DNA of 63,752 nucleotides, counting the filler, from Hausera hauseri (lineage: Eukaryota): the NCBI GenBank assembly GCA_046269625.1. It is 10 parts of 10 records of this genome, joined end to end, with 100 filler letters (N's around TTAATTAATTAA, not from the genome) between each part and the next. Parts side by side here need not be neighbours in the genome. Positions count along the whole stretch, not along the records: positions 27,693 to 40,103 come from JBJURY010035556.1; positions 40,204 to 45,037 come from JBJURY010419921.1; positions 45,138 to 49,419 come from JBJURY010659552.1; 7 more parts are not named here. One strand, 5' to 3'. The position numbers were made by a program, and so were the translations under genes. Positions 36,374-45,476 of the stretch are shown piece after piece. The notes beneath the pieces were generated by a model. That model did not search any database. It was not told the DNA's origin and worked only from the letters and a program-made list of their open reading frames with translations. The stretch's first letter is position 1; each line of letters starts with the position of its first letter.

Positions 36374-38961
36374 CTTAGAAACATCTGTTTAGATTATTAT
36401 GAAATATTTCCGTGTTACATATATTCTGCACCAGGATTAACATGACAAGCAGGAATGAAATTCACTGGTATGAACCTTGGTGAAGCTTGACACGGCTTAA
36501 AATATTACAAAGAAGAAATATACGATAAACTTGTATTTTTTGAAGAAGGAATAAGAGAAGGGGTTACAAGTGTGTTAGGAAATAGAAATATCAAATGTAG
36601 TAATTCATATACACAAGAGAAAGTTAACACCTATATGAAGTTGAATAATTATGAATTAGATGTTGTTATGAATGATTTGCACGACCAACATGAAAAAAGA
36701 AGAGTAACCCAAATTTTAAAATAGATTTGAGGAAGTACCCAGAACCAAATTATTAAATGTATTATTACGCAAATTCTTTGTATGCATCTGCAATGACATT
36801 AGAATTACCAACAGGTGAAATGGAATGGAGGGATGATTTAAATTACGTGCGAAGTTTGAAACGTAGTGATGGATATGTGTATGAAGTAGATATAAAATAT
36901 TCATATTCCATCAAAGAACAAACAAAATATTATCTATTTTGTCCAGAGAAGATTGAACCAAAAGAAGAATTGTTTAGTGCTTGTCAGAAACGCATAACAC
37001 CGCACAATTACAAAGCAGAAGAGAAACTAATTTTAACCCAATTTGATAAGAAATGCATAAAAGAAGGTAGAATGTTAAATTGGCACCTAGATCATGATAT
37101 TATTTTAGAAAAAGTTTATCGAAAATTAGTTTATGAAAAATCAAATTGGTTAAAACAATATATAGAATTCAACATTGAAAAACGAACTGAAGTAAAGAAG
37201 AATGGTGATGACTTTGGTGATAATTTCTTTAAACTATTAAATAATTCATTTTATGGAAAAACATTAGAAAATATTAGAAATAGACAAAATAATGAAATTG
37301 TGAGTAATAAAGAGAGATTTAGAAAATTATCAGGTAAACCAATTTTTAAACATTGTAAAATATTTGATGAGGAAGTTGTAGCAATTTACATGTTGAGAAA
37401 TTCAATATATATGGATAAATTTAATCATATCAGTTTTTCCATACTAGAATTAAGTAAATTAATGATGTACAGATTTATTTATGATGGCTTATATAGTATT
37501 TATACAACTGATAAATGTAAAATAGATTTTACTGGTAGTGTAACAGAGGACACGCCAATTATTTTAAAAAAGAATGGAAAAATAAGAATTAAAAAAATCT
37601 CTGAAATTTCAAACAAATGGAATTTATTGCTTGAAAAAGAATATCAAGAACCTAAACATTTAGAAATTTGGACAAGAAATGGTTGAAAGAAACTCATGAA
37701 AGTAATTAGACATAAAAGAAGTAAGAAAATATATAGGGTAAGAACAAAATTAGGATTTGTTGATGTAACAGAAGATCATTCATTATTAAATAAAAATAAC
37801 CAAGAACTAAAACCAGATCAATTAATAGTGAATGAAGCTAAATTATTACATAATAAAATATTCCTTAATGATAACAAAATTACATTGAAACAAATATTCG
37901 AAGATATTTATGAAAATGATGCCACTTTTATAGAAGACAAATGGGCATCTCTTTGAGGGATTTTTGGTGATAATTCTTCAGGAATCTATCGCTATCAAAG
38001 TGGAACAAAACACTGTTGTACATTTAATAACCAAAATTTATTCCTATTACATAAAATAAAGAAATATGTTAAAGAAATATTTAATAACGATTGTAAAATT
38101 TATGATACAATGAAAAGTTCTAATGTTTATAAATTAAATATTATTAAACCAAAATTTTTTACAGAATATTTTTCAAAAAATTATTACAATAAATTTCAAA
38201 AAACTAAACGTGTACCAGAATTTATTTTGAACGCAGATAATAATATTAGATATTGGTTTTTTGTAGGATTTTACGCTGCAGATGGAAATAAGCGTTTTAA
38301 TGAAAGGAATAAGACTATTGGATTTACCCAAAAAGGAAAAGAATGTTTTAGTGGATTGTATTATTTAGCAACATCAATAGGAATAAATATTGTTGTATCT
38401 GAAAGATGGGATAAACCCAATTGCTTTAGTGCTGCACAATGTAAGAAGGATATCACAACAGAAGTAAGAACAGTACGATTCCTAAGACAAAGAGAAGAAT
38501 ATGTTTACGATATAGAGACTGAGGATGGATCATTTAACTGTGGATTTCCATTGATTGTAAAAAATACTGATAGCTGTTTTGTTGAAATAAAGGATAAATT
38601 AGATAATATTAAGGAAAACTTAAAAGAATGGATAGTTCCAAATGTTTTAGGCAAAATTAAAGATGAATTAGAAGACGATTACATTACAGAAGCAGTGTTT
38701 TTAAAAGCAAAATGTTATGACTATGAAACAGTAAAAGACAAAAAAGTTCAAAGATGTAAGGGAATTAATAAATATAATAAACTAACAATTGAAGAATATA
38801 AAAATGTCTTATTTAATAATGAAACAATTTATAAAAGAAATTATGGATTAACGTCTGATCACCATAATATTCAATTATATAAACAAAAGAAAATTGCACT
38901 TGATCCATTTGATGATAAAAGATTTTTCATGAATTCTGTAAATAGTATTCCATTTGGATAA
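36374..38961 (+). pseudogene. Maverick/adintovirus-type pPolB C-terminal half, intein-containing
   Basis: YSAPGLT*QAG, FFEEGIREG, YANSLYASAM, KLLNNSFYGKTLENIRNR, SILELSK, split motif C (FTG|intein|TDSCF), GKIKDE, FLKAKCY, ALDPFDDKRF; 36757-38961 is one frame with two TGA stops. Confidence 0.9.
37537..38565 (+). mobile_element. Intein (~343 aa) with LAGLIDADG homing endonuclease at the Pol-c site
   Basis: Block A SVTEDTPIIL; block B VDVTEDHSLL (TxxH); endonuclease motifs L*GIFGD and FFVGFYAADG; block F YVYDIETEDGSF; ends IVKN followed by +1 Thr of TDS. Confidence 0.9.
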
Positions 38962-40228
38962 AAGTGATTTTTTAAAAAGATTGATAAATTAAATCAAAGT
39001 GATTTTTTTGTTTAGCGGAGCATATTTTTATCCATTTATAAAAACAAAAAATTTTGTAACAAAACTTTTTGGATTTATACCTTATTAATAATTTATCTTT
39101 TACCTCAACTAAAAATTTCATTTCTTTTCTAATAACATTCTTAGTTTTTCTATTATTTCGTCTTTCACTAAAAAAGTCTCATTATTATTCTTATTTTCTT
39201 TGTTTGTTCCTTTCTTATTTAAAGAAGTTTTACTTAAAGCTTCCAGACCAATTTTACACTTAATAACAATGAGCAAAATGTAAGAACTTCATCTTATGGC
39301 AGGCTCCACAGACATTTCATCAGCAAGGTACACTATAGGTTTGCATGCTTTCAGAGTCATAAAGCAACTTGTTACAGCTTTGAACGCTATTTTATGTTTA
39401 GCTTTTTGCTAGTTTAGCTTTTTGCATTTTAGTTCTGTTTTAGCTTCAACTCAGTATCAGCATCTTTGACAAATTTCATCGAGCTCATTCAGCTCTCAGC
39501 GATCAAACCACATTAAATATTGTTCCTGTTGTTCAGTGATTTCATCCGTTTTTCTGTAACTTAAATAAAAAGTCGGTCAAACCAGCCACAGCTGAATGTA
39601 AAGGATCTGCGATCTGAAGGTGTGAAAGCCCCAAACAGTTTTTGGGAACACGCAGTGAGTGAAGTCCTGGACCAGTAAAACTTTCAAAGCTGAGCAGCAA
39701 AGAGAAGCAGGTGGATTTCAGCTGGTACTCCCATCAGCACCACGGCTGCTGGAACAGGTGATAAACTGGTTTTCACACCGTGTTCTCACTGATATCACTG
39801 CTGACCATTAGCATGGGGGTGGGGGTGGAGGGAGAGAGAGAAGAGATAATAGGAGGCACAACTTAAACGATCGAGAGTCAGGCGGTTTTTATTTGTGAAA
39901 ATATGGTGTCGACATCATAGAATGTCTTGTGTCGAGAAATGTGAGATAGGTCCAAGGCGCCCCACTAACATTTGACACCAGCGTATTTGGTCTGTCAGTG
40001 AGGAATATCTTGCACGTGACGCTTACATTCGAACTGCGGTAATTGTTTGCGTCCTTTTAAAATGGTTTTATAGGAGCAAATATCAACATCGTCCTGATGA
40101 TTANNNNNNNNNNNNNNNNNNNNNNNNNNNNNNNNNNNNNNNNNNNNTTAATTAATTAANNNNNNNNNNNNNNNNNNNNNNNNNNNNNNNNNNNNNNNNN
40201 NNNACTTTTCGCACGCATCGCGTGACCA

Positions 40229-40310
40229 ATCACGTGACGCGTGGGCGGATATCACGTGACGCGTGGGCGGATCACGTGACGCGTGGGCGGATCACGTGAT
40301 GCGTGGGCGG
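40229..40310. repeat. Four tandem 20-bp units ATCACGTGACGCGTGGGCGG (E-box plus GC-box), probably LTR U3
   Basis: Units at 40229, 40251, 40271, 40291; polypurine tract AAGGGGGGG on minus strand at ~40312-40320 directly adjacent. Confidence 0.85.
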
Positions 40311-41050
40311 ACCCCCCCTTGTTCAAGAACGCTCTTTTTTCCCCTACTGAGCAGATAAGTTCTAACGTTCTCGTTAGAAGTTTGCACTTGATTTTATCTT
40401 GCGGGTACTGCGTGCAATGAATGCTCAAATTACAAATTCTAGTCTTAGCTATGAATGTTACAAAAGATTTTAAGCCTTAGGGTAGTCCAAATCCCTCTTA
40501 AAGAGCGACGAAAAAACTATGAGATTTTACAACACAAATATATTAAATAACAAGAAATATACCACACCTTCTAAATACAAGTTAATATCAGAATCGTCCA
40601 ACGGGAAATATACAATTCACGAATCAAATCAGTAATATCGTCAGCAATGAATAACGTCAATCTGCAATTCTTCTGGCTTCGGTTATCGATCTGTACTCTC
40701 GACTTCAAATTGTTCACTTCTCATTTTGTACACTGGTTTATATATCATTTCCATTATCTGTTTATTTTCCGTTCCCACGACCATTATTGGTTTTAATATA
40801 ATATTTACAAAGATTATTCACCCGTTTAATCATATTTACATTCATTTTCCCACAATTGTGATACTATTTACAACTTAATCGTCTTCATGTGTCAATTCTT
40901 ATCAGTAACAATTCATTAATTCACACACGATAATTGTAGATTCACATTATTATCTACACATAAACAATTGGTAAATTCACACCATTATTTACAATTTATG
41001 CCATACAGAGTTTTCGATCATTTAGCCACATTATACTACATTTCTCCTCC

Positions 41051-42316
41051 CTAGACGGCACTTTCGAATGAGCCCATTGCGTCAGTAGAGATGCCGGTAG
41101 TTTGTCGTAATTGCTCCATTCGTCCGCGTAAGTCCGCTTCCGAATCTACTTCATTTGAGGGTGATCGCGAGTCAATATAATAGGACGTACTGGCTTGTTC
41201 AGGAAATATTTCTACAATTTTATTTTCTCCGTTCGAATAATATCTTAGCCTAGTGGCTTCGGCTCTACACACTGGGCAGGTCGTCTTCCCATTCTTCAGG
41301 GTCCACGTTTCTAAACAGTATCGGCAGTACTTATGACTGCAGTCTTTGTTATCTAGGACTACGAATCCTTGGTATAGATCTGCATCACAAACAGGGCATT
41401 CTTCTTTTTCAGCCGCATCAATATCCACTAGGTTTTCATCCACTTCTATTCTTTCGAACACCAGTCCCTTTTTATCTTGATATAAATATCCATATAGTCT
41501 CTTTTGTTTGGGGTCTATCGAACTTTTTCTGGGGTCGTCAGATACTGCTACTAGGGTCCATTCGACTATTTCTTGTTTGTCCAGATCGGGAATTCCTGTC
41601 TTCTTGTATTGTCTTTTTAACTGAATTCTAACTTGAGTATCCACAGGAATTGTTAGTCGGTTAGTGCCACTTTTTGATTGAAATATGGGGGCTAGGTATC
41701 TGCCAATGGTGTGGTCCTCTTTAGCATAACCATTTCCGCTTACTATTCTTCTGGGAACAGTTGACACGTAAAATACGGCTTCCTTGATTTTCCCTTTACT
41801 GTAATATTCGGCCATAACGAGAATTCTTTTATACTCCTTTACTTCCCCGAATTCCGTAACCACAATCGGAATATCTTCGTCCCAGTTCTTCCTGAGAACA
41901 TTGACTTCTGATCTAATGACTTTGGATTTCGCGATTTCCAACGATTTTTCATTTTCCCTTTTCTTTTCTCGATTCGATAATGCTCCTTGATTGTCTTTGG
42001 ATTCTTCCGAATTTGAGTTGTCTAGAGCGGTTCTTTTACTAGTCTTGCTTCGCTTTTTGTGGATATAATCTAGGAAAGAGATTTTTATCTTGTGCTTCTT
42101 GGGAATTTCCATGTCGTCTGCTCTGGATCTCGGTTCTTCTCGGACCTTACTGGTTGATGGCTCCAACGAACTACTCAAGTTTCCCTTTTGATTATTCGGT
42201 ATTGTTATTCTAATTTTGTTTGTCCCTTGATTTTCTATTTTCGGATAACCAGGGTATTCACTAAATCCTTTTCGGAACTTCTGTATCAGAGATTTTGGGT
42301 TATTTTCAGACATCAT
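41051..42316 (-). CDS. C3HC4 RING-finger protein (putative E3 ligase), element accessory ORF
   Basis: CPVC-x15-CSHKYCRYC-x12-CPVCR; intact 421-aa ORF. Confidence 0.85.
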   Translation of the reverse strand: MMSENNPKSLIQKFRKGFSEYPGYPKIENQGTNKIRITIPNNQKGNLSSSLEPSTSKVREEPRSRADDMEIPKKHKIKISFLDYIHKKRSKTSKRTALDNSNSEESKDNQGALSNREKKRENEKSLEIAKSKVIRSEVNVLRKNWDEDIPIVVTEFGEVKEYKRILVMAEYYSKGKIKEAVFYVSTVPRRIVSGNGYAKEDHTIGRYLAPIFQSKSGTNRLTIPVDTQVRIQLKRQYKKTGIPDLDKQEIVEWTLVAVSDDPRKSSIDPKQKRLYGYLYQDKKGLVFERIEVDENLVDIDAAEKEECPVCDADLYQGFVVLDNKDCSHKYCRYCLETWTLKNGKTTCPVCRAEATRLRYYSNGENKIVEIFPEQASTSYYIDSRSPSNEVDSEADLRGRMEQLRQTTGISTDAMGSFESAV

Positions 42317-42331
42317 GTTCTGTATGGGATC

Positions 42332-43495
42332 TCATCGTAAATGGTCGTACACATTCTTGACACATTTTGTTCGTTGACTCGCGGTCATTAATTTCGGAAA
42401 TTTAAATCCTTCGCCGTTTATGGCTTCAAGCATCATTTTGAATTGTGATTCCTGTGATGCTGTTGTTGGAAGTAGGCATCCTCGCCTTCGCATTAGGGTG
42501 TTCTCCACTTGACTCACAATGGCTGGGTTCCGGCTTATTTCTCGTATGCCTGCTATGTATTCTGGTCTAATTTTTAATCGTTCTAACTCTTCATGTACCC
42601 GGAATCCAGTAATGATATATCCATACAAACAATGACTGATATTCTCTTGAATCTCCAGGAAATCTTTTTCCTTCTTGAGCTGTGGTTTTGTGATTCCAGT
42701 GACATCGGGAAAGGTATCTTTTATTCTAACTCTCGGCGCGATTATTCTGTTTAAAACTTCTTCTCCGTTTGTGTTTCTAATCGATATTTCGATCGGAAAA
42801 TACCATCCATCATCCTTTTCTCCGTAGTTTACTGCTAAAATTCGGGTATTCCGACCGTCTGGGACCAATCGGTATGATTCCCCACTTTGTTCAATTTCAT
42901 CTTCTGAAGGTTTTTGTATATAAATCAGTGGGGGTAATGGTTTCATCAATTTGGTTCTCCACGTCATTTCGATCATAATTTTGGTGGGAATGTCCGCAAT
43001 TCTAAATTCTAGGGCATAATCCATAAGACTAAAACAGCATAGTTCGTATGTGCTAAACTTCCACTGTTGCCCTTTTTGTGTACTCCAGGATTGTCCTACG
43101 ATCCTGTATTGAATTTCTCCATCAGCGACATGTATATACATTTGCTGATGCGTTGGTTCATAAGGAATTAGGTCTCTCAAATGGTACACTCGTACATCCT
43201 TAGGACTTCTCATGGCATATAGCCGAACCAATCTGTTCTCTTCTAGCCCCCATTTTAACCCATTAGGTATTTCACTTTCTCGGGTAAATTCCCGATAGTT
43301 GGTATTCTTCAGATTTTCTCCAATTTGTCGATACAGACTCTTTGATAAGGGTTTCAGGACCGTAACGTGCTGCTGTAGGAAACTGTCGATGTCGAAGCTG
43401 GTTGAGGAAATCTTCGCCTTCTCGGTCATACTTACTTTGCTGAAATAAAAATAGAGGTTAAGCCTAAGACAGATCATCGTTTTGAAACAAAACAT
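42332..43495 (-). CDS. Protein with C-terminal DEDDh exonuclease-like (ISG20/REX4-like) domain, catalytic residues apparently degenerate
   Basis: EISIRNTNGEEVLNRIIAPRVRIKD...VTGITKPQLKKEKDFLEIQENI...IITGF resembles the REX4/ISG20 core; likely start MTEK at 43429. Confidence 0.6.
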   Translation of the reverse strand: MFCFKTMICLRLNLYFYFSKVSMTEKAKISSTSFDIDSFLQQHVTVLKPLSKSLYRQIGENLKNTNYREFTRESEIPNGLKWGLEENRLVRLYAMRSPKDVRVYHLRDLIPYEPTHQQMYIHVADGEIQYRIVGQSWSTQKGQQWKFSTYELCCFSLMDYALEFRIADIPTKIMIEMTWRTKLMKPLPPLIYIQKPSEDEIEQSGESYRLVPDGRNTRILAVNYGEKDDGWYFPIEISIRNTNGEEVLNRIIAPRVRIKDTFPDVTGITKPQLKKEKDFLEIQENISHCLYGYIITGFRVHEELERLKIRPEYIAGIREISRNPAIVSQVENTLMRRRGCLLPTTASQESQFKMMLEAINGEGFKFPKLMTASQRTKCVKNVYDHLR

Positions 43496-43534
43496 TTTAT
43501 CTGTCTGATGATAGGATAACCCGATCAGTAATTG

Positions 43535-45037
43535 TCAGGTTATGGTATCATAAGGTTCGTCTTGGTACCCTTTTACCCAATAAACTCCCTTTCGATTTTT
43601 AACGCGTTTTTTATAATTTTTGGAGACTAGAAAAATCACCGCTATTATTACGATAAGAACGGAAATTGACACACTACATATAGTTATTATTGGTAGATTG
43701 TTCGGTTCGGTAGAACTTTGTGTCGTGAATACGTCTAGAGTACTGATATCATGATACGACATTGCTTCAATTTTATTACCGAGCGTTCGTACCGTAAACG
43801 TTTTAGGGTTTTTACCCTCTGCGGTCATTCTGATTATATACTCATGTTGCGGTCGTAACGACTTACACGCCGTTCCTAAACTATTCTTTTTCAAAATCAC
43901 AACTTGGTTAGTATGCAAGGTACGACACTCAATTTTGACGTCTTTATTTAATGTTTCTTCAGCATAGAATAGGATTCTATCATTTTTCACTAATATTTTG
44001 ACTGATATGCTTCCTGGCATTTCGCTCGCAGTAATAATCGTAATACTGCGAGTTGTGCTCGGCGTCGTGGATGGTTTTCCCGTAGTGGTCGGAAGTGGGA
44101 GTTCCCATATTCCATTTTTGGGACGATATCCTTTTAGGAAAATACTCCGTTCACCTGGATAGGTGTCGTACAAATCAAATTGTATTTGGTATTTTTGTCC
44201 TAATCGGACTACGCAGCATACAGTGGGACGTCTGTTGCCCAGTGAACAATATGCTGGTCTAGGAATAGAGGATTCTAACGGCGTAAGCTGGACGGAGATT
44301 TCCTTGTCCTCCGGTATGCCAAATTGGGTCTTGATCCTAATACATTGGTTCTTTAAGTCCTTGTGTATTCCGACAATGTTGTCATCCAAGATTCTATTAA
44401 TCGGGTTGGTGCTTCGAATTATTTCATTTGTTTTAGCTTCATTGGCGTCCCTTTGTTGTGGCATTCGTATCGTGAGCTCCGAAGCTATGTCGGCTTGAGC
44501 TCCAAATTTATAGGAATAGAACAGCTGAAAGCTATATCTATAGACTTTTCCGAAATCTAAATTACAGCATCTCCTGTAACGTCCATATGGAAAATCACAT
44601 ACTCTTGTATCGTCTCCGGCAGTTACAAATGTTATTTGAAATCCTATGTGGCTCGGAATCGGTTCGTCTGTTTCGAACCATGCACATGGTTTACTCCAGT
44701 CCATATCGCGTACTCTGAGTGTCCGTAAATTTCGAATATCCTTTTGTTTTTCAGCTTTGGCGCTCGATTTCACCGTGGGCATATACGAAGCAATTAACGA
44801 TAAGGCTAGGATTATCTGTACATAAGATATCGGTCTATTCACTATCGATGACGTCTTCTTTTCTTTAATTGTTTTACCGGAACGTAGATTGTAGCGTTTG
44901 TCTGGTCTTATCTCGGTTTTGACCACCCTTTGAATTGATGTGACTTCTTCTTTACCATTTTTGTTTATGTAAACTGTAGTCGGCGTAGTTTTCGTAACTT
45001 CGTAAGGTCCTCTACCTGTCCTGGTAAGCTTAAGAGA
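43535..45037 (-). CDS. Gypsy integrase C-terminus fused in-frame to an env-like type-I membrane protein (5'-truncated by contig end)
   Basis: Frame open from 45037: RGPYEV (GPY), RYNLRS, then hydrophobic ISYVQIILALSLIASY, Cys-containing ectodomain, T/S-rich stalk, TM IITICSVSISVLIVIIAVIFLV, basic stop-transfer and Tyr-containing tail. Confidence 0.75.
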   Translation of the reverse strand, partial: SLKLTRTGRGPYEVTKTTPTTVYINKNGKEEVTSIQRVVKTEIRPDKRYNLRSGKTIKEKKTSSIVNRPISYVQIILALSLIASYMPTVKSSAKAEKQKDIRNLRTLRVRDMDWSKPCAWFETDEPIPSHIGFQITFVTAGDDTRVCDFPYGRYRRCCNLDFGKVYRYSFQLFYSYKFGAQADIASELTIRMPQQRDANEAKTNEIIRSTNPINRILDDNIVGIHKDLKNQCIRIKTQFGIPEDKEISVQLTPLESSIPRPAYCSLGNRRPTVCCVVRLGQKYQIQFDLYDTYPGERSIFLKGYRPKNGIWELPLPTTTGKPSTTPSTTRSITIITASEMPGSISVKILVKNDRILFYAEETLNKDVKIECRTLHTNQVVILKKNSLGTACKSLRPQHEYIIRMTAEGKNPKTFTVRTLGNKIEAMSYHDISTLDVFTTQSSTEPNNLPIITICSVSISVLIVIIAVIFLVSKNYKKRVKNRKGVYWVKGYQDEPYDTIT

Positions 45038-45476
45038 NNNNNNNNNNNNNNNNNNNNNNNNNNNNNNNNNNNNNNNNNNNNTTAATTAATTAANNNNNNN
45101 NNNNNNNNNNNNNNNNNNNNNNNNNNNNNNNNNNNNNATCGGGTGCTGAGACTAGCCAAACCGTTTCCTGGCCTTTCATTTTCGGTTCCATCATATGGGT
45201 GTATGGACTGATCAAAAATACCGTCAGCGACATGGCCTAACCCGATATTCCGTATGGAATTATGTTTGACAATCAATAATTCCAAATAGCGAATGACAGA
45301 GGAAAGAACCTAATCGGAAACCGGAGGACGGAAACATAAAATTAAGTGTCAAATATAAATCGCTGAGATGAAGATTTAATATCAGGGATGAGGAAAGTAT
45401 TAGTAGATTATAGGGGAAAAATCTGAAATATATAGGTAAATTGGCCGTAAAGGACAACCGCAACGGAGGACTATGT

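Noticed and set aside
36443-37956. TGA stops at likely Trp positions in the intein-bearing PolB suggesting TGA=Trp recoding
   Set aside because: TGG Trp codons are also used, and the same gene has other stops and a frameshift upstream of 36757; TGG>TGA decay explains it.
39240-40103. Compositionally distinct stretch after PolB as a Maverick terminal repeat
   Set aside because: No partner repeat or AG-type terminus identifiable on this contig.
40229-40310. CRISPR-like array
   Set aside because: Head-to-tail repeats without unique spacers, no cas genes, eukaryotic context.
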